Below are positions 9,184 to 18,334 of a stretch of DNA of 64,000 nucleotides, piece by piece. The notes under the pieces are model-generated. The model was given only the letters and a program-made list of their open reading frames with translations, was not told the DNA's origin and ran no database searches. Location: assembly GCA_963720825.1 (NCBI GenBank), contig CAVRGY010000017.1, positions 454,823-518,822 on the forward strand, written 5' to 3'. This DNA is from an uncultured Chloroflexia bacterium. GTDB taxonomy: Bacteria; Chloroflexota; Limnocylindria; Limnocylindrales; CSP1-4. Numbering within the stretch: position 1 is the stretch's first letter; the number at the start of each line of letters is the position of its first letter. Made by a program: the position numbers and the translations under genes.

Positions 9184-9442
9184 GGGGGACGTCCCTCGAG
9201 GCACGGGCTTGCCCTTGGGATTCTCCCGACCGTGCCTTGCAGCCAGACCACGCCGCGGTCGCCGGCGGGTGACGTCGGCGTGACGACCGGTCACCCCCGG
9301 TCCACCTGCGAGGGTGCTGCAACGGAACCGACGGTGGCCGCGACTGCCCCGCGGCGGCACGCCGCTATCGTCGCGCCAGGGCCCGCCGGCGTTCGGTGTC
9401 GCGCGGCAAGAGGCGAACGGGTCGCCGGCCCGGAGGTACCAG

Positions 9443-10537
9443 ATGGCGCATCGCGAGCCCGCCCCGACGGCCAGCCGGAGCGACGCCGGCCGGGCCGGCC
9501 TGCGCCACGTGTCCGACGACTCCCCCGGCATCGCGCGGCGCCGGGCCGGCCGGGGCTTCCGGTACCTCCATCCGGACGGCCGCGCCGTCCGCGACTCGGC
9601 GAGATTGCGGCGCATCCGTGCCCTCGCGATCCCGCCGGCCTGGACCGACGTCTGGATCTGTCCGGCTCCCAACGGCCACATCCAGGCGACCGGCCGCGAC
9701 GCCCGTGGCCGCAAGCAGTACCGCTATCACAAGGCCTGGCGGGCGACTCGCGACGAGGCGAAGTTCGACCGGCTCATCTCATTCGCCGGAATGCTGCCCC
9801 GGATCCGGGAGCGCGTCGAGGCGGACCTGGCACGGCCCGGGCTGCCTCGCGAGAAGGTGCTCGCGACGGTCGTCCGGCTGCTCGAGCTGACGCTCATCCG
9901 GGTCGGCAACGATGAGTACACGCGAACCAACCGCTCGTTCGGCCTGACGACGCTGCTCGACCGCCACGCCCGGGTCGACGGCAGCCGTGTCCGCTTCCGG
10001 TTCCGTGGCAAGTCGGGTCGCACCCATGAGGTCGGCCTGCGCGACCGGCGCCTGGCACGGATCGTCGGGCGTTGCCAGGACCTGCCTGGCCAGGAGCTGT
10101 TCCAGTACGTTGACGAGGACGGTGAACCGGTCGACATCCGCTCCGAGGACGTGAACGACTACCTGCGCGATGCCTCGGGCGGCGCCGTAACCGCCAAGGA
10201 CTACCGCACGTGGGCCGGCACGGTGCTCGCCTTTCGAGCCCTACGCGCCCTCCAGCCTGTCGACGGCGAAGCGGCCCGCCGGCGGGCGGTGGTCGAGGCG
10301 ATCCGCGAGGTGGCCGTCCGGCTTGGCAACACGGCGGCGGTCGCCCGCAAGAGCTACGTCCACCCGGCGGTCCTCGATGCCTACCTCGATGGCGCGATGG
10401 GCCGGGGGCTGCTGGAGGTCACCCAGAGCCAGGCGGATCCCCCGCCCGAACCGTCACCGGACGAGGAGGCAGCCGTCGTCCGGTTGCTCCGGCAGCGACT
10501 GGCGACCGACCGGCGGGCCACTGGCCGCGTCGCCTGA
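9443..10537 (+). CDS. DNA topoisomerase IB (bacterial, poxvirus-like)
   Basis: 364 aa from MAHREP. The N-domain (GFRYLHPDG...IPPAWTDVWI) and the catalytic domain with SFGLTTL, RFRFRGKSG, the KDYRTW motif and the active-site tyrosine context ARKSYVHP are all present. Confidence 0.85.
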   Translation: MAHREPAPTASRSDAGRAGLRHVSDDSPGIARRRAGRGFRYLHPDGRAVRDSARLRRIRALAIPPAWTDVWICPAPNGHIQATGRDARGRKQYRYHKAWRATRDEAKFDRLISFAGMLPRIRERVEADLARPGLPREKVLATVVRLLELTLIRVGNDEYTRTNRSFGLTTLLDRHARVDGSRVRFRFRGKSGRTHEVGLRDRRLARIVGRCQDLPGQELFQYVDEDGEPVDIRSEDVNDYLRDASGGAVTAKDYRTWAGTVLAFRALRALQPVDGEAARRRAVVEAIREVAVRLGNTAAVARKSYVHPAVLDAYLDGAMGRGLLEVTQSQADPPPEPSPDEEAAVVRLLRQRLATDRRATGRVA

Positions 10538-13394
10538 TCCGCTCGCGGCCGCGGGCTCGCCCCGGGGTACGGGCGCGTCGCCGTCGCGGAGCCGTGGTCG
10601 GCGTCGCGGCGGGAGCCGTGCTCGGCGTCGGGCTGGGCGAGGGCGAGCCGCCGCCGTGGCCGCCGCCTCCACCGCCGCCGCCGCCGCCCCCGCCACCTCC
10701 ACCGCCACCATGGCCGCCACCAGGGTCCGGGGTCGGGGTTGGCTTCGGCGTTGGCTTGGGCTTCGGCTTGGGGCAGGGTCCGATGATCCGGCCGCCCCAC
10801 GAGTGCTCACCCCAGAAGTACGCCGTCCTGGATCCGAGGCCGCCCGCGCGGCCGGCACCGGCGCGCGCCCGGCGAGCCCAGTCGGCGACATCGGTGTCCC
10901 ACGCCTTCGGGCCCAGCTCGGCGGCGACCGGGTCAACCTCCCACTGGCCACACGCCCGGGTGTAGAGGATGCCGGCCGGGTCGACCTCGCCCTTGGCACC
11001 CGGCTGGGTGCCATCGATGAACCATTCCTTGACCGTGGCGCGGGTCCACGGACCGGGCTTGCCGCCGCTCCATGCGTCGATCTTGGCTGACACGATGCCC
11101 TTCGGCCGCGCGAACTTGGCGACCGGAGTGCCCTTGGTCAGGTCACGGACGAACGCGTGCCACAGCGGCGCCGGACCCTGCAGCGAGATGACGGCCTCGG
11201 CCGCGCGGGGCTGGGAGTGATCGCTGTTGCCCATCCAGATGCCGACGGCGTAGGCGGGCGCGACGGGATCCTCGGGCGGGGCCAGGTAGCCGTACGTCGC
11301 GAGATCGCGGGTGTCGTTCGTCGTCCCGGTCTTCACGGCCGCGGGCCGGCGACTGCCCTTCGATCCGTTCCTGAGCTCGAGGACCTTGGACCAGATCGGG
11401 TTCTGCTTCGGATCGGTGTTGCCGGCCAGGATGTCGGTCGTCAGCCAGGCCGCCTGGGGGCTCATCGCCTGGTTGGCCGACTCGGCCGCGTCCGGCGCCT
11501 GGTAGACGACCGTGCCGTCGGGCCCGATGATCTGGAGGATCATCCGCGACGGGACGTGGACGCCGCCGTTGGCGAGCGACCCGTAGGCCGACGTGAGGTC
11601 GAGCGGGCGGACCTCGACCGTCCCGATCGCCCCCGCCAGGCCGGCCTGGAGATACCGCTGGCCACCGCCGCCCGGGAAGTTGATCCCGAGCTTCCGGGCC
11701 TCGTCGGCGACGGCCTGGTTGCCCGTCCGCTGGAGCGCCCGGATGGCCGGGATGTTGAGCGAGTACTGGAGCGCCTGCCGGACCCGGACCGGACCGCGCT
11801 CGAGGCGGTCGGCGTCGCGCGGCGCCCAGTCCTTGCTGAACTGGGTGGTGATGTCGAGGAGCAGGCTCCCGGGCGTGAGATCGTGCTGTTCGAAGGCCGT
11901 CGAGTAGACGATCGGCTTCCACGCCGAGCCGGGCTGGCGATAGCCGTCGCCGGCGACGTCGAACTTGGGATCGAACTTGCTGGACGCCAGGTCGTCGCGG
12001 TAGTAGCCGGCGCTCCCGACATAGGCCACCACGTCGCCGGTCCGGTAGTCGATGGCGACGAGGGCGGCATTGTGGACGTCCTTGCCACGCAACCGGTTGA
12101 TCCAGGCCTGGTCGGACTTGCCGATCTTGAGCGACTTGAGCAGCGCGGTCGCGGCCGGCTTCTTGAGGTTCGGGGCGATCACCGCGGCAGTGACCCACTT
12201 CTCCGCCAGCTGCTGGGCGTTCCAGTCAAGCGACGTGATGACCTTGTAGCCGCCCGTCTCCAGCTTGTCGACGCCGCCCAGGATGCCGACGAGCTGGCGC
12301 TCCACCTGCCACGTGAACTGGGGCGCCTTGAAGATCCTGGGCTGCGGCGGGCTGAGCACGACCGGCTCGGCCAGGGCCGCCTGGAGCGCGGCGGGAGACA
12401 GCCGGGTCCAGCGAGAGTCCGCGAGGTGCTGGAGGATCCAGTCGCGGCGGACGACCGGCGGCGAGTCCTCCGGGACGACCAGCTTCCCGTCAGCGTCGGT
12501 TTGCGCGAAGCGGAACGGGTCGAAGCTGGACGGTGACTTGGGCAGGCCCGCGAGGAGGGCTGCCTGGGCCGGCGTCAGCTTGCTCAGGTCGCTGACACCG
12601 AAGTAGATCCGGGCCGCGGCGGCGATGCCGTAGGCGTCGTGACCGTAGTAGATCTCGTTGAGATAGGCCGTGATGATCTGTTCCTTGCCGGACTCGCCGG
12701 GAAACGCCTGGGTCAGGCGGGCCGACTGGATCAGCTCCTTCGCTTTGCGCAGGTAGCGGTCCGCGCCGGGAGCGACGACGTCGTCGGGCAGGAGGCGGGC
12801 ACGGACCAGCTGCTGCGTGATCGTCGACGCGCCACGGTCCGACGCGCCCGACGCGTTCTCCGCGATGGCCGCCAGGATCGCCGTCGGGTCGAAGCCGTCG
12901 TTCGTCCAGAACGTGCGGTCCTCGGCCGTCGTCGTCGCGTCGAGGACCGTCCTGGGCACCTCGTCGTAGGTGATGACCCGGCGCTGCTCGCGGTCGAACC
13001 GGCCCAGCTGGACCTTGCCCGTCCGGTCGTACACGATCGTGGGCTGGGCGAAGGTGAGGTCCGCCAGCCGGGCCGGGTCGGGCAGGTCGCTCGAGAGCGA
13101 GCCGACGGTCGCGACGGTGGCGACCCCGAGTGCACCGAGCCCGCCCGATGCGACGAGCAGGACGACGCCGAGCAGGCTGGCGATGGCGAGCGGAAGGCGC
13201 GACCCGCCGCGGTTGCGGCGGCTGACGGCCGGCCTCCGGATCGCCCTGGCCGCGGCGAGCGAGACCGCTCGACGGCGGGCCTGGCGATGGGAGCTGGGCA
13301 CGCCCATCCGGGCTGATGGGTTCACCCGGGCATCCTCGCCGCGCCGGCGTCGCGTCCGGCCCCGCCGCAACGCCGGATGGGCTTGCAGTTCCAT
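10419..13394 (-). CDS. Class A penicillin-binding protein (glycosyltransferase GT51 plus transpeptidase) with a PT-rich and poly-Gly C-terminal tail
   Basis: GT51 motifs (EDRTFWTNDGFD, ASTITQQL, RKAKE) and transpeptidase motifs (SAWKP, KTGTTND) are present, with an N-terminal basic tail plus TM helix. An alternative start lies near 13307. The last ~120 nt overlap the topoisomerase IB 3' end on the opposite strand. Confidence 0.9.
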   Translation of the reverse strand: MELQAHPALRRGRTRRRRGEDARVNPSARMGVPSSHRQARRRAVSLAAARAIRRPAVSRRNRGGSRLPLAIASLLGVVLLVASGGLGALGVATVATVGSLSSDLPDPARLADLTFAQPTIVYDRTGKVQLGRFDREQRRVITYDEVPRTVLDATTTAEDRTFWTNDGFDPTAILAAIAENASGASDRGASTITQQLVRARLLPDDVVAPGADRYLRKAKELIQSARLTQAFPGESGKEQIITAYLNEIYYGHDAYGIAAAARIYFGVSDLSKLTPAQAALLAGLPKSPSSFDPFRFAQTDADGKLVVPEDSPPVVRRDWILQHLADSRWTRLSPAALQAALAEPVVLSPPQPRIFKAPQFTWQVERQLVGILGGVDKLETGGYKVITSLDWNAQQLAEKWVTAAVIAPNLKKPAATALLKSLKIGKSDQAWINRLRGKDVHNAALVAIDYRTGDVVAYVGSAGYYRDDLASSKFDPKFDVAGDGYRQPGSAWKPIVYSTAFEQHDLTPGSLLLDITTQFSKDWAPRDADRLERGPVRVRQALQYSLNIPAIRALQRTGNQAVADEARKLGINFPGGGGQRYLQAGLAGAIGTVEVRPLDLTSAYGSLANGGVHVPSRMILQIIGPDGTVVYQAPDAAESANQAMSPQAAWLTTDILAGNTDPKQNPIWSKVLELRNGSKGSRRPAAVKTGTTNDTRDLATYGYLAPPEDPVAPAYAVGIWMGNSDHSQPRAAEAVISLQGPAPLWHAFVRDLTKGTPVAKFARPKGIVSAKIDAWSGGKPGPWTRATVKEWFIDGTQPGAKGEVDPAGILYTRACGQWEVDPVAAELGPKAWDTDVADWARRARAGAGRAGGLGSRTAYFWGEHSWGGRIIGPCPKPKPKPTPKPTPTPDPGGGHGGGGGGGGGGGGGGGGGHGGGSPSPSPTPSTAPAATPTTAPRRRRARTPGRARGRERIRRRGQWPAGRSPVAAGATGRRLPPRPVTVRAGDPPGSG
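10647..10722. repeat. (GCC/GGC)n simple-sequence tract inside the PBP tail
   Basis: A run of GCC/GCG/CCA triplets on the plus strand encodes GGGHGGGGGGGGGGGGGGGGGHGGG on the minus strand. Confidence 0.7.
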
Positions 13395-13490
13395 CGCGCG
13401 ACGTCCGAGCCCCGCAGGCGGGAGGGGGCCGCGAACCGCGCGGGCGCCCGCCGGCGACCCTCCCCAGCGGTCGCCGATCGGCGGCTCCTG

Positions 13491-14873
13491 TCAGCGCAGG
13501 CGAGGGACCTGGGACAGGATCGAGGGGAGCTCGTCGAGCGAGCGGATCGCGAGCGCCGCGGGCGGCGCCTCGTGCAGCAGTCCCCACGGCCCGCGCCGGA
13601 TGTGGACCGCGATCATCCCCACGGCGATCGCGGGCTCGATGTCGTTGTCGACCCGATCGCCGACGTACGCCACGCGCCCGGGCGGGACCCCGGCTTCGCG
13701 AGCCAGGCGGGCGAAGAACTCGGGCGCGGGCTTGTGCACCCCCCACCGTGCGGACGATCCGACGAAGTCCACGTGGGGCCGGAGCATCGCCTCGGCCTCG
13801 ACCGGCGTGTTGCCCACCGCGCCGGTGATGAATCCCCGCTCGCGCAGCCGGGCGAGGCAGGCCAGGGCGTCCGGGTAGAAGGTGGCGGGCGCCCAGGCCG
13901 ATGCGGGGCGCTCGACGCCCAGGATCTCCCAGACGCGCGTGTGCGGCTCGCCTCGCGCCGCGAGGCCGCCGAGCACGCCCATCAGGGTGAACGCGGGGAC
14001 GCCCGCGAGGTCCGCGGCATGGAGCCACAGCGCCGTCTCGTCGATGAGCGTCTCGCCGACGTCGAACACGACGGCGTCGACGGTGCGGGTCCGCTGGGGT
14101 GCGTCGGTCATCGGTGCGCCTCGTCGGTCAGGGGTCGCCGCCAGCGCCTTCGCCCGGGCGAGCACCGCCTCCAGCATCGGCGGCGTCAGGCGGCCCGTGA
14201 ACGTGTTCTGCTGGCTGGGATGGTACGAGCCGATCACGACGTACCGCCCGACGACCGCCTCTGCCCCGTGCCCGAACCTCGGCTTGGGCGACGGGATCGC
14301 GTGCCCGAGCGCGGCCAGCGACCGCAGCGCCGCGTCCCAGCCGATCGCGCCCAGCGGCACGATCACGCGCAGCGCCGACAGCAGCTCCAGCTCCCGGACG
14401 AGGTACTGACGGCAGGCGAGCTGCTCGGCGGGCGTCGGCCGGTTGGCCGGCGGCGCGCATCGGACGGCGGCGGTCACCCGGATCCCGCGAAGCGTCAGCC
14501 CGTCACCGGCCCGGCGGCTCCCCGGCCGGTCCGCGAGCCCGACGGCGTGCAGCGATCGCCACAGGAAGTCCCCGCTGGCATCGCCGGTGAACATGCGACC
14601 GGTCCGGTTGGCGCCGTGCGCCGCGGGGGCGAGCCCGACCAGCAGGATCCGGGCGTCGGCGTCGCCGAACCCGGGCAGGGGCCGCGCCCAGTAGGTCTCG
14701 TCGCGGAAGCGGGCAACCTTGATCCGCGCCTGGTCCTCGCGCCAGGCCACGAGCCGCGGGCACGCGCGGCAGCCGACGATGGCGGCATCGAGCGCCGTCA
14801 GATCGGCGGCGTTCGAGGCTGACGCGACCGGCGCTGCCGCCGACGACAAGGCGCCCGGGCGCCGGCTCGACAC
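13491..14873 (-). CDS. Uracil-DNA glycosylase (family 5-like, 4Fe-4S) joined in frame to a HAD-superfamily hydrolase
   Basis: The N-terminal half has CRACPRL, GLAPAAHGANRTGRMFTGD and SYHPSQQNTFTG. The C-terminal half has the HAD motifs VVFDVGETLIDE and YVGDRVDNDI. No stop separates them. There is an internal ATG at 14111 with an upstream GAGG. Confidence 0.8.
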   Translation of the reverse strand: MSSRRPGALSSAAAPVASASNAADLTALDAAIVGCRACPRLVAWREDQARIKVARFRDETYWARPLPGFGDADARILLVGLAPAAHGANRTGRMFTGDASGDFLWRSLHAVGLADRPGSRRAGDGLTLRGIRVTAAVRCAPPANRPTPAEQLACRQYLVRELELLSALRVIVPLGAIGWDAALRSLAALGHAIPSPKPRFGHGAEAVVGRYVVIGSYHPSQQNTFTGRLTPPMLEAVLARAKALAATPDRRGAPMTDAPQRTRTVDAVVFDVGETLIDETALWLHAADLAGVPAFTLMGVLGGLAARGEPHTRVWEILGVERPASAWAPATFYPDALACLARLRERGFITGAVGNTPVEAEAMLRPHVDFVGSSARWGVHKPAPEFFARLAREAGVPPGRVAYVGDRVDNDIEPAIAVGMIAVHIRRGPWGLLHEAPPAALAIRSLDELPSILSQVPRLR

Positions 14874-14882
14874 CGCGCCGGC

Positions 14883-15692
14883 CTACTTGAGCAGCAGGCG
14901 GTCCAGCCGCCGGGCCACGATCGCCAGCCCCAGGAGCCCCATCGCCGACAGGTAGGCGACGTGCCACAGGATCCCCGCGTCGACCACGCCCGTGACCAGC
15001 GCGCGGATCATGTCGACCCCCTGCCACAGCGGCGTCAGCTGGATCAGCAGCCGCAGCCCGTCCGGATAGGCGGAGATCGGGTAGAACGTGCCGCTGAACA
15101 GGAACAGCGGCAGGACGACCAGCTGGATGAGGTCGAAGTCCTGCCAGCTGCGCATGAACGTCGTCGCCGCCATCCCGACCGCCGCGAACGCGAACGCGAG
15201 GAGCGTGGCAGCGGGCACCGCGAGCAGCACCCACGGCGAGCGGACGAGGCCCAGCACCACGATCACGACCACGAAGCCCAGCGCATACAGCGTCGCCCGG
15301 ATCACCGCCCAGCCGATCTCGCCCAGCGCCACGTCGCCGGTTCCGAGCGGCGTCGCGAGGACCGCGTCGTACGTCTTCTGGTAGTTGAGCTTGAAGAACA
15401 CGTTGAAGGTCGATTCGGCGATCGCGCCGTTCATCGAGGCCGAGGCGAGCAGCGCCGGCGCGACGAACAGGGCGTACGGGATCGGGTTGCCGTCGGGACC
15501 GGTCAGGTTGCCCACCATGCCGCCGATGCCGAGCCCGATCGAGAGCAGGTAGAACAATGGCTCGAAGAACCCCGACAGGATCACGATCCAGCCGGTCCGG
15601 TACACGTACACGTTGCGCTCGATGAGCAGCAGGGCGCGCCTGGTGCCGAGGCCGGTCGGAAGCACGCGCCAGACCGTGGACAGCTGCGTCAT
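14883..15692 (-). CDS. ABC-2 type exporter permease (second of two)
   Basis: 269 aa from MTQLSTVW with six TM helices in an ABC-2/DrrB/NodJ-like pattern. ATGA overlap with the upstream permease. Confidence 0.85.
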   Translation of the reverse strand: MTQLSTVWRVLPTGLGTRRALLLIERNVYVYRTGWIVILSGFFEPLFYLLSIGLGIGGMVGNLTGPDGNPIPYALFVAPALLASASMNGAIAESTFNVFFKLNYQKTYDAVLATPLGTGDVALGEIGWAVIRATLYALGFVVVIVVLGLVRSPWVLLAVPAATLLAFAFAAVGMAATTFMRSWQDFDLIQLVVLPLFLFSGTFYPISAYPDGLRLLIQLTPLWQGVDMIRALVTGVVDAGILWHVAYLSAMGLLGLAIVARRLDRLLLK

Positions 15693-16537
15693 TGCTCGAG
15701 CTGCCGTCGGAACATCACGAACATCGCGATCACGCCGAGCACCGCCGCCGTCCCCAGGATGAGCACGTGCGCGACGTGGACGGCGGGGTTGTCGGCCACC
15801 GTGCCCAGCGACAGCGCCCGCGCGAGGTCGACGCCGTGCCACAGCGGCAGCAGCCATGCGATCGGGCGGATCTGCTCGGGCAGCTGCTCGATCGGGAAGA
15901 ACGTGCCCGAGAACAGGAACAGGGGCGTGATCCCGAACCGCCAGATCGCGTTGAACGCCGTGGTGTCGCGCTGGGTCGACATGAACGCCGCGATCGGGCC
16001 CGCGAAGGCGAGGGCGGTCAGCGTCCCCACCGGGATCGCCAGCAGGATCTGCCACGACCGCGCAGCGCCGAACAGGATGATCACGACGGCAAAGATCGCG
16101 CCCACCATCGTCGCCCGGGTCGCGGTCCAGGCGATCTGGCCGAAGGCGATCGCATACGGCGTAAGCGGCGTCGCGTACATCGCGTGATAGCGCCGGTTCC
16201 AGCGGAAGCCGCCCAGCACGGGGAACGTGGCCTCGAACGCCGAGCCCTGCATCACCGTCGAGGCGAGCAGGGCCGGGGCGAGGAACTGGAGGTACGGCAC
16301 GCCACCCAGCGCACCGCTGCCGGCCCGGTCCACGAACGAGCCGAGCCCGACGCCCATCGCAACGAGGAACAGCACGGGCTGCGCGAAGCTCCCGAAGAGC
16401 GATCCGCGCCAGGTGCGCCGGTACAGCAGCAGCTGGTGCTCGTAGGCGGCCATCGCGCCGCGCAGCGCGCTCTGACGCGGGACGCCGTCACCCGGGGACG
16501 GCGCCAACGGCCGGACCGGCGCCTGCGCGACGGCCAT
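15689..16537 (-). CDS. ABC-2 type exporter permease (first of two)
   Basis: 282 aa with six TM helices, paralogous to the downstream permease (shared LFLFSGTFFP/LPLWHGVD motifs). The start shares 1 nt with the ATPase stop. Confidence 0.85.
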   Translation of the reverse strand: MAVAQAPVRPLAPSPGDGVPRQSALRGAMAAYEHQLLLYRRTWRGSLFGSFAQPVLFLVAMGVGLGSFVDRAGSGALGGVPYLQFLAPALLASTVMQGSAFEATFPVLGGFRWNRRYHAMYATPLTPYAIAFGQIAWTATRATMVGAIFAVVIILFGAARSWQILLAIPVGTLTALAFAGPIAAFMSTQRDTTAFNAIWRFGITPLFLFSGTFFPIEQLPEQIRPIAWLLPLWHGVDLARALSLGTVADNPAVHVAHVLILGTAAVLGVIAMFVMFRRQLEQ

Positions 16538-17481
16538 CAGTCGACCAGGCTCCGGCCGGTCAGCCGCAGGAACACGTCCTCGAGCGAGCTGCGACGGACG
16601 AGCACCGTCTCGGGCTGGAGGCCGCGGTCGTGGGCCGCGGCGGCGACGACCTCGCCGTCATCGGAGTAGACGAGCACCCGGTCGGGAAGCAGCTCGATGC
16701 GATCGCCGAGCCCGGCGAGCCGGTCCCCGATCGTCTCCTGGACGCCCACCGGGAATCGCATCTCGGTCACCTCGCGGGTCGAGTAGCGGTCGATCAGCTC
16801 GCGCGGGCTGCCCTCCGCGGCGATGCGCGCCTTGTCCATCACGACAAGCCGATCGCACAGCTGCTCGGCCTCGTCCATGTAGTGCGTGGTCAGGACGAGC
16901 GTCACGCCGCGCTGCTTGAGCCGGTACAGCCGCTCCCACAGCAGGTGCCGCGCCTGCGGGTCGAGCCCGGTCGTCGGCTCGTCGAGCAGCAGGATCGAGG
17001 GCTCATTGATCAGTGCGCGGGCGATGGTCAGGCGGCGCTTCATGCCGCCCGACAGCGGCTCCACCTTGTCGTTGGCGCGCTCGCCGAGCTGGGCGAAGTC
17101 GAGCAGCTCGTTCGCCCGCCGGCCCGCCTCCTCGCGCGACAACCCGAAGTAGCGGCCGTAGATGACGAGGTTGTCGCGGACGGACAGCTCCGTGTCGAGC
17201 GTGTCCTGCTGGGGCACCACGCCCAGCCGTGCCCGAAGCCGCGGCCCGTCGATCGCGGGGTCAAGGTCGAGGATCCGGAGCGTGCCGTCGGTGACCGGGG
17301 AGACGCATGCGATCATCCGCATCGCGCTCGTCTTGCCCGCGCCGTTGGGACCGAGGAACCCGAAGCTCTCGCCCGGTGCCACGTCAAAATCGATCGCGTC
17401 GACCGCGGTCAGCGTTCCGAATCGCTTGGTCAGCCGGCGGGCATGGATGAGCGGCGGGGCAGGCATCGTTTGCTCGGTCAT
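16537..17481 (-). CDS. ABC exporter ATP-binding protein (DrrA/NodI-like)
   Basis: 314 aa from MTEQTMPAPP with Walker A GPNGAGKTS, signature LSGGMKRR and Walker B LLLDEPTTGLD. Confidence 0.9.
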   Translation of the reverse strand: MTEQTMPAPPLIHARRLTKRFGTLTAVDAIDFDVAPGESFGFLGPNGAGKTSAMRMIACVSPVTDGTLRILDLDPAIDGPRLRARLGVVPQQDTLDTELSVRDNLVIYGRYFGLSREEAGRRANELLDFAQLGERANDKVEPLSGGMKRRLTIARALINEPSILLLDEPTTGLDPQARHLLWERLYRLKQRGVTLVLTTHYMDEAEQLCDRLVVMDKARIAAEGSPRELIDRYSTREVTEMRFPVGVQETIGDRLAGLGDRIELLPDRVLVYSDDGEVVAAAAHDRGLQPETVLVRRSSLEDVFLRLTGRSLVD

Positions 17482-17560
17482 GGGCCGGGCATGGTACCGC
17501 AGGGTCGACGAGAGACGGGGAGTTGACCCAGCGTTGCCCGTCGGGGTGAGCCGGTCGCGA

Positions 17561-18334
17561 TCAGCCCGGATCTGCCGCCTTGGCGCCACCCGGGACCGTC
17601 CCCTCGTGGAGCGTGACGATGCCGCCGGTCATGCCCCGCCAGGTCACGTCCACCAGGCCGGCCTCGCGCATGATCTCGGCGATCCGCTCCGGTGCCGGGT
17701 ACGCCTGGACGCTGCGCACGAGGTAGCTGTACGCGGCGCCCTGGCCGGCCAGCCGGCCGATCACGGGGACGATCCGATCGAACCACCAGCGCATGAAGCG
17801 GGCCAGTCGGCGGCGTGGTCGCGCGATCTCGAGGCACAGCACCCTGCCCCCAGGCCGGACGGAGCGCGCCATCTCGGCGAAGCCACGGCGGTAGTCGGGC
17901 AGGTTGCGCATGCCGAACGCGATCGTCGCGGCATCGAAGGCCCCGTCGTCGGTCGGCAGCGCCAGCGCATCGCCGACCAGGAACTCGAGACCGGTCCGGT
18001 CCGCGTACCGCCGCTGCGCCACCGCGGTCATCCCCGGCGACAGGTCCACGCCCAGGACCCGGCCCCCGGGCTGGACGCGATTGCGCAGATCCGCCGCCAC
18101 CTTGCCCGTCCCCGACGCGACGTCGAGCGCCGATCCGCCGGGCCGAAGCCGTGCGAGCGTGACCAGCTGACGACGCCAGCGCGGCTCCTGGAACGCCGAG
18201 ATCAGCAGGTTCATCACGTCGTAGCGCGACGCGATCCGGTCGAACATGACCTGGACCTCGGGCGGCGCTGCGGCGTTGCCGGCCCCGGTCGAGGCGCCGG
18301 TCGGGGTGTGGTCCGGGGGAAGCGGGGTGGTCAT
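17561..18334 (-). CDS. menG: Demethylmenaquinone/ubiquinone C-methyltransferase
   Basis: 257 aa with FDRIASRYDVMN, the SAM motif ALDVASGTG and the C-terminal YSYLVRSV...GGIVTLH pattern of UbiE/MenG. ATGA overlap with the upstream hydrolase gene. Confidence 0.9.
   Translation of the reverse strand: MTTPLPPDHTPTGASTGAGNAAAPPEVQVMFDRIASRYDVMNLLISAFQEPRWRRQLVTLARLRPGGSALDVASGTGKVAADLRNRVQPGGRVLGVDLSPGMTAVAQRRYADRTGLEFLVGDALALPTDDGAFDAATIAFGMRNLPDYRRGFAEMARSVRPGGRVLCLEIARPRRRLARFMRWWFDRIVPVIGRLAGQGAAYSYLVRSVQAYPAPERIAEIMREAGLVDVTWRGMTGGIVTLHEGTVPGGAKAADPG

Noticed and set aside
9267-9296. The inverted repeat GGGTGAC-N16-GTCACCC in the divergent region between the ABC module and the topoisomerase IB gene.
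   Set aside because: It has a short 7-bp stem in GC-rich DNA with a long loop. This is compatible with chance, and no associated regulator or motif recurs in the window.
10210-11090. Plus-strand ORFs encoding a PPPPPPPPPPPPPPPP tract (10210..10965 and 10323..11090).
   Set aside because: They are the antisense reading of the poly-Gly/PT tail of the PBP gene. The minus-strand frame is continuous with a full-length PBP.
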